This document shows, in pieces, positions 25,581 to 38,815 of a stretch of DNA of 64,000 nucleotides. The translations under genes were made by a program, and so were the position numbers. The notes under the pieces were generated by a model. The model was not told the origin of the DNA, ran no database searches, and saw only the letters and a program-made list of their open reading frames with translations. Location: positions 186,001 to 250,000 of the forward strand of contig NIVC01001509.1 in assembly GCA_002269645.1 (NCBI GenBank), written 5' to 3'. The DNA comes from Macrostomum lignano (Eukaryota). The number at the start of each line of letters is the position of its first letter. Position 1 is the first letter of the stretch.

Positions 25581-26144
25581 AATTGAAGTTTTGATGTCTG
25601 TGTGACAAATGAAAGTCAAGAAGTAATTGCAGATCCTTGTGGAGATGAAAAATGAAAGATAATACTAATTTACAAAACAGGTATTTTTTTAGCTCAGACC
25701 AGATACCTGGTTAGCTAAGCATGCACCCTCATTAAGCAAAGCTAAACTGTTCACCTTCTCGATTGACTTTTTATACCTATGTTTGCTCAAGTAGCAAAAA
25801 GAGCGAAAAAACATCACATGATGTCATGTACTATTGCTCAAGAAATCCTGTCACTGGGTATCATCTTGGAGACCAGACTGCCTAGACCTGGCTAATCTCT
25901 ATCATTACTGGGACTGACAAAGTCAATACAAGAATATTAATTAGGCCATGCGCAATAGATCCTTTCTTAGAAATCAGGTCTAGTCCTAACATCAAGTAAG
26001 GTTTTTGACAGGTGTCTCATATTTACAGCAATGATCGCTATTCAATGGATTGTGCTCGTATTTTTGTTGCGAGACTTCTAAATTCCAAGTTCGAACAGGG
26101 ACTCTAAGATCTCATGGCTTCTGTCCCAAAGCGTTTGGTAGCAT

Positions 26145-26660
26145 GACTTCTAATCTCTCACGATTTCTAATCTTATGATTTCTAATCTCACGATTCCTAA
26201 CCGCACGATTTCCAATCTCACGATTTCTAATCTCATGATTTCTAATCTTCCGATTTCTAATCTCATGATTTCCAATATCACGATTTCTAATCTCACGATT
26301 TCTCATCTTCCGATTTCAAACTTCCGACTTCAAATCTCCCGATTTCTAATTCCACGATTTGTAATCTTCCGATTTCTCATTTTCTAATTTTAAATCTCCC
26401 GATTTCTAATTCCACGATTTGTAATCTTTCATGACTTCTAATCTCACGATTTCTAATCTCACGATTTCCAATCTCACGATTTCTAATCTCACGATTTCTA
26501 ATCTCACGATTTCTAATCTCACGATTTCTAATCTCACGATTTCCAATGTCACGATTTCTAATCTCACGATTTCTAATCTCACGATTTCTAATCTCACGAT
26601 TTCCAATCTCATGATTTCTAATCTCATGATTTCTAATCTCATGATTTCTAATCTCATGAC
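26145..26660. repeat. 15-bp minisatellite
   Basis: Unit GATTTCTAATCTCAC. Confidence 0.9.
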
Positions 26661-27049
26661 TTTAAGTCTCGTAGACTTTTTCACAATGAATTTATTGCAC
26701 AATCAAATATCTTATTTCAAAACTTAATATTCATCTTGCTACTAGCATTAGTAGTGTCATGAGGAGAGCGCCGGTGTGCGCAATAAAACTGAAGATTTGA
26801 GGCTTCTGCGACACGACGCTTCGGAATTTTTTCTCTTGTTTGCCAGGAATCTGCGACGCAAGCGTGTAAAGTCAGGAGTATGCGCAAAAATTCTTATTGA
26901 AGTCTGCAATCGGATTAAGGAGGCGCTTTGAAGGACCCAGCGCACTGGCCTGGCTAATCCCATGTTAATCTGTTTTGAAAGCCGTCTGCTTGAGCCGATT
27001 TCCTCCCAAACAGAGCATTTCCTTTGGTGCTCTTTTCACTGCCTGCCTG

Positions 27050-29612
27050 CCCGTTACTCTATTCATCTACCTTTCACTCTACTTATCTACCTTTCACTCT
27101 ACTTATCTACCTTTCACTCTACTTATCTACCTTTCACTCTACTTATCTACCTTTCATTCTACTTATCTACCTTTCACTCTACTTATCTACCTTTCACTCT
27201 ACTTATCTACCTTTCACTCTACTTATCTACCTTTCACTCTACTTATCTACCTTTCACTCTACTTATCTGCCTGTCACTCTACTTATCTACCTTTCACTCT
27301 ACTTATCTACCTTTCACTCTACTATCTACCTTTCACTCTACTTATCTACCTTTCACTCTACTTATCTACCTTTCACTCTACTTATCTACCTTTCATTCTA
27401 CTTATCTACCTTTCAATCTACTTATCTGCCTGTCTACCCCTTACGAGGGGCTGAACACTATCCTTAACCTGCCTCCGCTTCACCTATTTATTAGGGCGGA
27501 GGCTATGAAGTCTGCCTCCCGGCTTATCAGAGATAAAACGTTAAATAACGCACCCTCTGGCTTTATGCCAATGAAAACATTAATCCCGCATATGGACTTT
27601 GTCCGCCGCGACCTCAACAACATCCACATGGACCTGGGCAATGTGGATAGTCGACCTCCCGCCCTCAACATCAGGAGGGGCTTCAAGACCGCCATCCCTG
27701 GCCGAGACAATATTCCGCTGGATGTCGGTGTGAACCGGCGCAGCCAGGGCATTCACTGCTTCACCGACGGCTCGCTGTTCAACGGCCGCGCTGGAGCGGG
27801 TATTGCCATTTTCCACGAGGGTAAGATGCTTTTCCAGGAAAGTCTGCACCTCGGTGAGAACACCTCAGTTTTCCAAGCTGAAATTTGCGCCATTGAGCAG
27901 TGTGCCCAGCAACTGCTTCAGGCGAGCATTAATAACTTTGACATTAATTTCTACACTGATAGCCAAGCTGCTATTAAGGCCTTAACCACTGAGAATATCT
28001 CCGCTGCTACAGTATCTCAATGCCACCGCAGAGTGCAATCTCTCTCAGTCCTTAACAGGATTAGAATTATCTGGACACCTGGTCACAGCAACATCCTGGG
28101 CAACGAGCTCGCGGACTCTCTCGCCAAGGAGGGCAGCAACCCAGACGGCAACCATCGTCTGATGAGGCTACCCACTCCCAGGTCGCAAGTCACCCGCCAT
28201 ATCAACAGGTGGCTCCATCAGCAGCACCAGCTTCACTGGAACAGCTGCACCGAGTACAGGCAGAGCCGCTCTGCCATGCCTAACCTGAACAGGAAAGTCT
28301 CTGATTATCTGATTTCGCTTAACAGAACCGACCTCAGGGAGATGTGCATGGTCCTAACCGGCCATGGATTCTTCCAGAGACATATCTCGTTGCAGACCGG
28401 TTGCCCTCCCACCTGTCCTTTCTGTGGCATAGGAGAGGAGACCGCGGAGCATCACGTCACCTTCTGCCCTCACTTCAACAAGGCGCGGCACAAATACCTC
28501 GGCCACCCCTAGCGGATGGACGAGCTGACCACCCCGGACAATATCCGTGACCTGCGCGCTTTCGTCCGGGACTCCGGCCGGATGAGGGTCGCCGATGCCT
28601 CCACTGCGAACCTGCCGACTACAGGCGGGGACTGGGCGCACCCCCAGGGTTAATCCTTGTGCTCTTTTACCTTGGGGTTGCGATAGGGGCCTCGCGGCCT
28701 ATTCGCGGCGCCTGCGCCCCCCGTCAGTAGTAAGTAAGTAAGTAAGTATCTGCCTCTCACTCTACTTATCTGCCTGTCACTCTACTTATCTGCCTGTCCC
28801 TCTACTTATCTGCCTGTCCCTCTACTTATCTTCCTGTCACTCTACTTATCTGCCTGTCACTCTACTTATCTGCCTGTCCCTCTACTTATCTGCCTGTCCC
28901 TCTACTTATCTTCCTGTCACTCTACTTATCTGCCTGTCACTCTACTTATCGACCTTTCACTCTACTTATCTACCTTTCACTCTACTTATCTACCTTTCAC
29001 TCTACTTATCTGCCTGTCCCTCTACTTATCTGCCTGTCACTCTACTTATCGACCTTTCACTCTACTTATCTTCCTGTCACTCTACTTATCTTCCTGTCAC
29101 TCTACTTATCTACCTTTCACTCTACTTATCTGCCTGTCACTCTACTTATCTACCTTTCACTCTACTTATCTACCTTTTACTCTACTTATCTGCCTGTCAC
29201 TCTACTTATCTACCTTTCACTCTACTTATCTACCTTTCACTTTACTTGCCTACCTTTCACTCTACTTATCTACCTTTCACTCTACTTATCTACCTTTCAC
29301 TCTACTATCTACCTTTCACTCTACTTATCTACCTTTCACTCTACTTATCTACCTTTCACTCTACTTATCTGCCTGTCACTCTACTTATCTACCTTTCACT
29401 CTACTTATCTTCCTGTCACTCTACTTATCTGCCTGTCACTCTACTTATCTTCCTGTCACTCTACTTATCTACCTTTCACTCTACTTATCTACCTTTCACT
29501 CTACTTATCTGCCTGCCACTCTACTTATCTACCTTTCACTCTACTTATCTACCTTTCACTCTACTTATCTACCTTTCACTCTACTTATCTACCTTTCACT
29601 CTACTTATCTGC
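27050..29612. repeat. 20-bp minisatellite split by a LINE insertion
   Basis: Unit CTACTTATCTACCTTTCACT at 27050-27434 and 28747-29612. Confidence 0.95.
27435..28746 (+). mobile_element. 5'-truncated RNase H-bearing non-LTR retrotransposon (Loa/I-group-like)
   Basis: [17 protein letters not shown]; RNase H residues FTDGS, FQAEI, YTDSQ, WTPGH, GNELAD; CPFC..EETAEH..C finger; (TAAG)n tail. TATCTGCCT(G/C)TC flanks both sides. Confidence 0.9.
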
Positions 29613-30144
29613 CTGACAAAGAATAAAGGGTAAAATAGAGGGAGAGATAGAGGGAGAGAGGAGACAGGAAGTTGAAGAGATGAGCAAAGTGTGTACTTAC
29701 GGTTAGACACCGTTCATTGTCCATTGAATCAAGGTTGTTTGCCCCAAATTCTTGCCGGAGTTTGAAAGTGCAATAACCTAAATTTGTCACATCCAGCTCA
29801 CTGTTTGACGCATTCACGGGCCTTACAAACGCGTTTTTTTTCAGTTTGAGATCCACAATGCGACAGGTACAGTGCCAGCCGTCTCGCCTGCGCTGCATGG
29901 CTTACCGTTCCGGAATATCCCGAGCTTCATTTAGGGGAGACTGGCGTTTCCGGAAACAAAGGGTTCTGGGGATTATTTTAGACAGTCTGATGACTGCTGC
30001 ATGCTGTCATGCAGCTTTTCATCTCAGTCTGGTTTGACTGCTTCATTCTCTTATTGAGTTTTGCAGACTATTTTTAACCTGTCAGATGTCGTTGGCACTC
30101 AGTGGGGCGATCAAATCAGCTGGATTTCTATTTTCTATCGGGCT

Positions 30145-30363
30145 GGACTCCAAACTGACTACATTTACAGCAAGCTGGAATCCAAACTGACTACATTTAC
30201 AGCAAGCTGGAATCCAAACTGACTACATTTACAGCAAGCTGGAATCCAAACTGACTACATTTACAGCAAGCTGGAATCCAAACTGACTACATTTACAGCA
30301 AGCTGGAATCCAAACTGACTACATTTACAGCAAGCTGGAATCCAAACTGACTACATTTACAGC
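30145..30363. repeat. 32-bp minisatellite
   Basis: Unit GCTGGAATCCAAACTGACTACATTTACAGCAA, ~7 copies. Confidence 0.95.
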
Positions 30364-30832
30364 CTAAAAATAGAACGAAAGGCGCTGAGCATCGTGGAAG
30401 TTAAAGTTGAGACAAGAATGGAGCGGATTAGTTCTAATCGAGCCAGCTTATGTAGTTTCCTTCGCGACAAGTCCGTGACTATTCGAGTTTACGAATCTCT
30501 GGCCTGGGAAAGTACACTTTGAAGGCGTCAAAACTTACTTAGATCGGGACTGAGTTAAGGCGGCTCGAACCCATAATCCATTATTAATTACTCACAGCAG
30601 GCAGTGCGTTTAATCCGCAAAGCCTCTATAAAGCTCAAGCAATGAACTGTATCCGCATTAGCCTTTTCTCTAGATTTATAGTTCCAGCAGTGCTTTGCCG
30701 GGAGAAACTTTCTGACCTAGGAGAAAACAAACTTTGAGGGTCGTGTTAAAAATCAGCAGCGGATGTCTCGTATTCGCGTATGACAAGCCGCGGCGCTGGT
30801 GATGGTCACCTCACACTGGTCTCATCCTAAAG

Positions 30833-31197
30833 CAGGGGTCGGCTAACTTGTTTACCTGACGGGCCAGATAGAGAACCCCTAAAGCATGACTGCGGTCCGG
30901 ATTAGGGGAGAGAGGAGAGGGGATAGAGAAGAGAAAGAAGGGAGATAGGAGAAAGGAAAGATGAGAGAATAAAGAAAAGAGTAGACGAGAGGAGAGGACA
31001 GAGGGGAGAGGGGAGGAGAGAGGGGAGGAGAGAGGGGAGGAGAGAGGGGAGGAGAGAGGGGAGGAGAGAGGGGAGGAGAGAGGGGAGAGACAAGGCAGGA
31101 GAGAGGAGAGGAGAGGAGAGGAGAGGAGAGGAGAGGAGAGGAGAGACGAGGCGGGAGAGAGGAGAGCAGAGAGCGGACCTGAGTTTGCCGACCCTTG
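30833..31197. mobile_element. hAT-type MITE carrying a GA-rich microsatellite
   Basis: TIRs CAGGGGTCGGCTAAC / GTTTGCCGACCCTTG. Exact 8-bp TSD TCCTAAAG at 30825-30832 and 31198-31205. Confidence 0.9.
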
Positions 31198-31669
31198 TCC
31201 TAAAGGCTCACCTACAAACACGGAAGTCTCATCCATAAAAGCCAGTTGCATGGGGATACTTATTGCTTAGCCGAAACGCGGGTCCGTGGCGGATTCGGAC
31301 AGAGAGCAGCGAAATGCTTGTTGTAGCAATAAATTAAAATCGGCAACGCCCTGTCTCTCGGCTTCCTGAAGTGAGGATCGGGAAGAGGAAAAGCGGATTA
31401 GCCCCTGCACAGGGGGCAGCTGGGAGGGGAAGCCAACTGATGACGGAATAATGCACCAACAGCTAATGACAGTCAGCAAAGTTTGCAACCAGTCCAGCCT
31501 GCACTGGATTTCAGCTGCCCTATCTAGTTCCCTCCGAATAGTGCTCCCACTGCTGGCATGGGCTGCTTTGTTTTTCTTTTTGTTCGAAAAAATCCTTCGA
31601 TTCCGAGTTCAAGTGGTGGAAATTCGAAGACGGAAGATGTTTGATTGGTTTATTGTTCTGTGCTTTTCT

Positions 31670-33512
31670 GGCCGATTTTCATGCCCGAGCTCCAAATGAA
31701 AGTGGCTTGAAGCTCATAGAAGGCCTTGGAAAACTCGATGTACAGCAGGTCTCAGGCCGATTTTCATGCCCGAGCTCCAAATGAAAGTGGCTTGAAGCTC
31801 ATAGAAGGCCTTGGAAAACTCGATGTACAGCAGGTCTCTGGCCGATTTTCATGCCCGAGCTCCAAATGAAAGTGGCTTGAAGCTCATAGAAGGCCTTGGA
31901 AAACTCGATGTACAGCAGGTCTCAGGCCGATTTTCATGCCCGAGCTCCAAATGAAAGTGGCTTGAAGCTCATAGAAGGCCTTGGAAAACTCGATGTACAG
32001 CAGGTCTCAGGCCGATTTTCATGCCCGAGCTCCAAATGAAAGTGGCTTGAAGCTCATAGAAGGCCTTGGAAAACTCGATGTACAGCAGGTCTCAGGCCGA
32101 TTTTCATGCCCGAGCTCCAAATGAAAGTGGCTTGAAGCTCATAGAAGGCCTTGGAAAACTCGATGTACAGCAGGTCTCAGGCCGATTTTCATGCCCGAGC
32201 TCCAAATGAAAGTGGCTTGAAGCTCATAGAAGGCCTTGGAAAACTCGATGTACAGCAGGTCTCAGGCCGATTTTCATGCCCGAGCTCCAAATGAAAGTGG
32301 CTTGAAGCTCATAGAAGGCCTTGGAAAACTCGATGTACAGCAGGTCTCAGGCCGATTTTCATGCCCGAGCTCCAAATGAAAGTGGCTTGAAGCTCATAGA
32401 AGGCCTTGGAAAACTCGATGTACAGCAGGTCTCAGGCCGATTTTCATGCCCGAGCTCCAAATGAAAGTGGCTTGAAGCTCATAGAAGGCCTTGGAAAACT
32501 CGATGTACAGCAGGTCTCAGGCCGATTTTCATGCCCGAGCTCCAAATGAAAGTGGCTTGAAGCTCATAGAAGGCCTTGGAAAACTCGATGTACAGCAGGT
32601 CTCAGGCCGATTTTCATGCCCGAGCTCCAAATGAAAGTGGCTGAAGCTCATAGAAGGCCTTGGAAAACTCGATGTACAGCAGGTCTCAGGCCGATTTTCA
32701 TGCCCGAGCTCCAAATGAAAGTGGCTTGAAGCTCATAGAAGGCCTTGGAAAACTCGATGTACAGCAGGTCTCAGGCCGATTTTCATGCCCGAGCTCCAAA
32801 TGAAAGTGGCTTGAAGCTCATAGAAGGCCTTGGAAAACTCGATGTACAGCAGGTCTCAGGCCGATTTTCATGCCCGAGCTCCAAATGAAAGTGGCTTGAA
32901 GCTCATAGAAGGCCTTGGAAAACTCGATGTACAGCAGGTCTCTGGCCGATTTTCATGCCCGAGCTCCAAATGAAAGTGGCTTGAAGCTCATAGAAGGCCT
33001 TGGAAAACTCGATGTACAGCAGGTCTCAGGCCGATTTTCATGCCCGAGCTCCAAATGAAAGTGGCTTGAAGCTCATAGAAGGCCTTGGAAAACTCGATGT
33101 ACAGCAGGTCTCAGGCCGATTTTCATGCCCGAGCTCCAAATGAAAGTGGCTTGAAGCTCATAGAAGGCCTTGGAAAACTCGATGTACAGCAGGTCTCTGG
33201 CCGATTTTCATGCCCGAGCTCCAAATGAAAGTGGCTTGAAGCTCATAGAAGGCCTTGGAAAACTCGATGTACAGCAGGTCTCAGGCCGATTTTCATGCCC
33301 GAGCTCCAAATGAAAGTGGCTTGAAGCTCATAGAAGGCCTTGGAAAACTCGATGTACAGCGGTCTCAGGCCGATTTTCATGCCGAGCTCCAAATGAAAGT
33401 GGCTTGAAGCTCATAGAAGGCCTTGGAAAACTCGATGTACAGCGGGTCTCAGGCCGATTTTCATGCACGAGCTCCAAATGAAAGTGGCTTGAAGCTCATA
33501 GAAGGTCTAGGA
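31670..33512. repeat. 85-bp tandem array, ~21.5 nearly identical copies
   Basis: Unit GGCCGATTTTCATGCCCGAGCTCCAAATGAAAGTGGCTTGAAGCTCATAGAAGGCCTTGGAAAACTCGATGTACAGCAGGTCTCA. No spacers. Confidence 0.97.
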
Positions 33513-34401
33513 AAATTGAAGAAAGTAACTTTTGGTTCAGCTTTGACTGAATGGCCTAATTCATTCAGTTTTTAATACAGAGTTACCGCGGCTTAGAGGT
33601 AGCCGTCTTCTTTTGGTGTCTTTAGGAGAATCCGAACCTCTTGGGGGTTATTGAATAGTCTCTTTGATGCTTAAGAGAATCACTTCTATAGGTTGAGAAA
33701 CGTGGGGAACATTATCGAGAGTTTCAGATAGACCTGTTTACAGGCTTCACTCCGCTGGTTAGGGTTAGGGTTAGGGCTTGGTTAGTTTACCTTGGTGCCT
33801 TAATGAATTGGTGTCCTTTCGTATGTTTTCTGAGGCCAGTCTGTGGGACGATATGCCTGAAGCACTAAGCGCCAGTGGCACCAGCTCCCGCTACAATTTC
33901 TGAAGGGACAATATAGCTTCGATATGTCACTTGGAGAGTCCTTCAATCGGAAGACAACCGTGTGCCACTGATTGGCGCTTGAAGTGCAAACGTGGGCGAC
34001 AAAAACTGGGCAGCTTGAGCATCCTCTTTTTACCCCCTGTCTCAAAGGAGTTGTTAAGCAAGGAGCGAATTCCAAATGTGGAGGGCCTAAAGCTAATCAA
34101 GCTGATTGGGGGGCCCAGGTGGCGGCCTTTCTTTTCAAGTCTCCATCGCAGCGGCCTCTGCTTCAGAAGTGCGTCTGCCTTGCCTCTTGTCCTCTCCTGG
34201 CAGAGCCGGTCATAGGCTGACTTGAACAGCCAACTGTGACAGAGAGGCGGCGGAACTTCGTGCCCGGCTTTAAAACTGTAGAGCTCGTGCCGAGGAATTG
34301 AGTAACTACAGCTGAGCTGAGCTGGAACTGGGCACTGATTTGTTTTGGAAGCGAGCCTAACCGAAAAAGTGTGTGAGAGACAGAGATAGCGTGACAAGGT
34401 G

Positions 34402-35236
34402 ATGCCATTTTACCTGGAAGACTACGAGGTGGAGTTGTACGCCACGATTGGGGAGTATCGGGTGCACAAGTGGCTGAACTGGGTTGCCAGCCCTGCCCTG
34501 TTCTGCATTGGCACAGCGGGCAACGTTCTGCTCATCTGGTTGCTTCTGCCAAACTGCAAGGCTACAGCCACGTACAGGTATCTGGTGCTGCTCGGGCTGC
34601 TCGACCAGATGGTCCTGACGTCTGGCCTGCTCAGCCGGTGGCTGCAGCACGCCTTTGGCTTCAGCCTGGAGCGCACGGGCTTAGTCGCATGCCTGATTAA
34701 CAAGTTCGCGTCGTACTTTGCCAGCACATGCTCAGCGCTGCTAATTGGCGTGGTCTCGCTGGAACGAGCACTGGCGATTCGCAGCCCGCTGCGAGCGGCC
34801 CGCATGCAGTCCGGCCGGCGGCTTCGCCTGGTCATGTTGGCCGTGGTGACGTTCAGCCTGCTGGCCAATTGCCACTGGCTGTTCATCCTGGACCATCACT
34901 ACGTTTCAGCGTCAGACGACGACGTCAACGCCACCAATGCCAGCTTCGAGGCCTACCCGATGTGCGACATTCGCGAGTCGGCCCAACACCTGAGCAGCAT
35001 TCTCAGCGTGGCTGACGCCGTACTGTACTCGGTTGTGCCGCTAGTTGTCATCTTCACCTGCAACGCCACCACCATAGCCAAACTGCGACAGGCTCGGCTG
35101 CGGCGCCTGCGGCAGCTCAGCGCTGTCGGTTTGGACGAGACCGCGCCTGGCGTCTCCGCGACCAAGGTCAAAACCAAAACGACGAATTCGCGTTCGCCGG
35201 AGCTGGTGCACTGGAGGGCAGGAGGAGCGCGAGATG
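34402..35236 (+). CDS. Rhodopsin-class peptide-receptor-like GPCR-2, exon 1 (TM1-TM5, start of ICL3)
   Basis: GTAGNVLLI (TM1), LGLLDQMVL (TM2), VSLERALAIRSP (TM3), YSVVPLVVIFTCN (TM5). Donor GTAGGT at 35237 (phase 1). An extra upstream exon cannot be excluded. Confidence 0.88.
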
Positions 35237-36159
35237 GTAGGTTGAGCTAGCTCACGGAAATTCAGTGCACTGGGACAACTTTGACTTCTTGAAGAAGTCG
35301 CAGTTGAGCACAGCCTCATAATGACCACTGCTTCTGAGAAGAAGCTAAAATGCAACGCTTTCTGGGTATTGAGGAGCCGGGAGGTCTAGCTCGTAATAGT
35401 TGATGGGATTCTCGAACTCAACAGTCTGTTGAAAAAAAGAAAGAAAGAAAAAACTGCTCTTTCACATCGATTGCCAAATCTGGATCCAGAGCAGGTGAGC
35501 CAGAGAGCCAGTGCTCTAGACGTCCCCGAGCTTCTTTGATCCTCATATCGAGAGCTGATCAAAGCACTGCCTGCTCTCTTTTGTGCCCGAGTGCAAAGTC
35601 AGTGAGCAGGTGCAATATAGTGCCCGAGTGCAAAGTCGGTGAGCAGGTGCAATATAGTGTTTTCGGCTTAATTAGCTATAATGTAGAGATTTTTATTTAA
35701 AGTCAGGTAAGCTGCTTACTCGACAATGCAAACTCGTCTCGCGGCAAGGTTCCGTAGGTACGTCCAGTTGTGCAAAGTTAGAACGCACACAAATCACTTG
35801 GATTTTATCTAATTTTCAAGGCTTAATTAGGGGCAAAAACGTCAGTGTGACATGCAGTTGATTCACAAAGTTAACCAAAGAATTTGAGCGAAGCTTACAA
35901 AACTAATTGAAGCTAGAACAATAATTGCCATATCTATCTGCCAATTTGATGTCAGAAAAAGAGACGGAAAGGCCAAAGTGCGCCTCGGCCTCTGCACAAA
36001 GCCCAGCACTTCAAAAGTACTTTTCCATACTAACTTGCAGGCAGAATGGCCGAGCATGGCTCTAGACTTACCCTCATTTTTCGTAGATTTGCTCAAGGGA
36101 GAGAAAAAAGGGGCGCCCCTAAGATGAGCTCGAACGAACACCCACTGGCACATTCCCAG

Positions 36160-36911
36160 GCAAAGTGACCGCCGATGCAGAAGTGACCGCCCCGCTGGGC
36201 GGCAGCAGCAGCGGGAGCGGAAGTCGGATCCGTGAACTGGCGAACGTTAGCGTCTGCGGCAGCGGCGTCAGCGGCGGCAGCCACGTACGAAGCCCCATGA
36301 ACCGTAGGGCGAGCGTACAACAGGTGACAGTGCTCCTGTTGTCAATCTCAACCTTCTACCTGGTGGCGTCGCTGCCCGTGGCCCTGCTGAAGATCCTCAC
36401 AACCATCGCCGGGGTCATCGACACGAACGCCGTGAACTCGGACTATCGAATGTACTCCCAGTACAGACTGGCCGAGACCATCACCTACCTGTGCATGTAC
36501 TCGAATCACGCGGTGAATTTTTTTCTTTACTGCGCTTCCGGTCAGCGCATCCGGGCGGAGCTTCGGTCTCGACTGTCCCGCTTGTGCAGCTGCAACAAGA
36601 GCCGAAGTCGGCGGCATCGGCAGCAGCGCAGGTGGCGGCAGCAGTACCCGCAACGCCACGGTTCGGACGTACCTCAGCAGCGACAGCAGCAGCAGAATCA
36701 GGGCGAGGAGCTGCCACTGATGCAGATGAAGCAGTTGGAGCAACGAGACCAGCTGCTCAGCATAATGGAATCTCCGGTAGCCGAACACAAGGAGCAACAG
36801 CAAAATAAATTTGCGGCTGTGCAGAAAGAAACAAATTTTGCAAACTCTTTTCACCTGTACCGATCTCCAAAATTGGCCAAGTTTCCAGGGGAGAGGCATA
36901 ACAGCATCTGA
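36160..36911 (+). CDS. GPCR-2 exon 2 (ICL3, TM6, TM7, C-tail)
   Basis: Acceptor TTCCCAG at 36159 restores the frame (G|GC AAA GTG). TM6 ISTFYLVASLP, TM7 SNHAVNFFLY. The joined protein is 528 aa. Confidence 0.88.
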
Positions 36912-38815
36912 AGTGACTGTTTCAACAGTGTCAAATGTGTCTTGTAAGTGACTGTTGCAACAGTGTCAAATGTGTCTTGTAAGTGACTGTTGCAACAGTG
37001 TCAAATGTGTCTTGTAAGTGACTGTTGCAACAGTGTCAAATGTGTCTTGTAAGTGACTGTTGCAACAGTGTCAAATGTGTCTTGTAAGTGACTGTTTCAA
37101 CAGTGTCAAATGTGTCTTGTAAGTGACTGTTGCAACAGTGTCAAATTTGTCTTGTAAGTGACTGTTTCAACGGTGTCAAATGTGTCTTGTAAGTGACTGT
37201 TGCAACAGTGTCAAATGTGTCTTGTAAGTGACTGTTGCAACAGTGTCAAATGTGTCTTGTAAGTGACTGTTTCAACGGTGTCAAATGTGTCTTGTAAGTG
37301 ACTGTTGCAACAGTGTCAAATGTGTCTTGTAAGTGACTGTTGCAACAGTGTCAAATGTGTCTTGTAAGTGACTGTTGCAACAGTGTCAAATGTGTCTTGT
37401 AAGTGACTGTTGCAACAGTGTCAAATGTGTCTTGTAAGTGACTGTTGCAACAGTGTCAAATGTGTCTTGTAAGTGACTGTTGCAACAGTGTCAAATGTGT
37501 CTTGTAAGTGACTGTTGCAACAGTGTCAAATGTGTCTTGTAAGTGACTGTTGCAACAGTGTCAAATGTGTCTTGTAAGTGACTGTTGCAACAGTGTCAAA
37601 TGTGTCTTGTAAGTGACTGTTGCAACAGTGTCAAATGTGTCTTGTAAGTGACTGTTGCAACAGTGTCAAATGTGTCTTGTAAGTGACTGTTGCAACAGTG
37701 TCAAATGTGTCTTGTAAGTGACTGTTGCAACAGTGTCAAATGTGTCTTGTAAGTGACTGTTGCAACGGTGTCAAATGTGTCTTGTAAGTGACTGTTTCAA
37801 CGGTGTCAAATGTGTCTTGTAAGTGACTGTTGCAACAGTGTCAAATGTGTCTTGTAAGTGACTGTTGCAACAGTGTCAAATGTGTCTTGTAAGTGACTGT
37901 TGCAACAGTGTCAAATGTGTCTTGTAAGTGACTGTTGCAACAGTGTCAAATGTGTCTTGTAAGTGACTGTTGCAACAGTGTCAAATGTGTCTTGTAAGTG
38001 ACTGTTGCAACAGTGTCAAATGTGTCTTGTAAGTGACTGTTGCAACAGTGTCAAATGTGTCTTGTAAGTGACTGTTGCAACAGTGTCAAATGTGTCTTGT
38101 AAGTGACTGTTGCAACAGTGTCAAATGTGTCTTGTAAGTGACTGTTGCAACAGTGTCAAATGTGTCTTGTAAGTGACTGTTGCAACAGTGTCAAATGTGT
38201 CTTGTAAGTGACTGTTGCAACAGTGTCAAATGTGTCTTGTAAGTGACTGTTGCAACAGTGTCAAATGTGTCTTGTAAGTGACTGTTGCAACAGTGTCAAA
38301 TGTGTCTTGTAAGTGACTGTTGCAACAGTGTCAAATGTGTCTTGTAAGTGACTGTTGCAACAGTGTCAAATGTGTCTTGTAAGTGACTGTTGCAACAGTG
38401 TCAAATGTGTCTTGTAAGTGACTGTTGCAACAGTGTCAAATGTGTCTTGTAAGTGACTGTTTCAACAGTGTCAAATGTGTCTTGTAAGTGACTGTTGCAA
38501 CAGTGTCAAATGTGTCTTGTAAGTGACTGTTGCAACAGTGTCAAATGTGTCTTGTAAGTGACTGTTGCAACAGTGTCAAATGTGTCTTGTAAGTGACTGT
38601 TGCAACAGTGTCAAATGTGTCTTGTAAGTGACTGTTGCAACAGTGTCAAATGTGTCTTGTAAGTGACTGTTGCAACAGTGTCAAATGTGTCTTGTAAGTG
38701 ACTGTTGCAACAGTGTCAAATGTGTCTTGTAAGTGACTGTTGCAACAGTGTCAAATGTGTCTTGTAAGTGACTGTTGCAACAGTGTCAAATGTGTCTTGT
38801 AAGTGACTGTTGCAG
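36911..38815. repeat. 35-bp minisatellite, ~54 copies, starting at the GPCR-2 stop codon
   Basis: Unit AAGTGACTGTTGCAACAGTGTCAAATGTGTCTTGT, containing the 14-bp palindrome ACTGTTGCAACAGT. Confidence 0.97.

Noticed and set aside
29701-29900. Possible minus-strand exon ending at a GTAAGT donor
   Set aside because: No recognisable protein, and no partner exon could be linked.
33757-33777. (TTAGGG)3 telomere-like tract (also ~61865)
   Set aside because: Only 2-3 units, internal, and with no subtelomeric context.
31670-38815. CRISPR-like appearance of the 85-bp and palindromic 35-bp arrays
   Set aside because: Units are contiguous with no unique spacers, there are no cas genes, and the context is eukaryotic.
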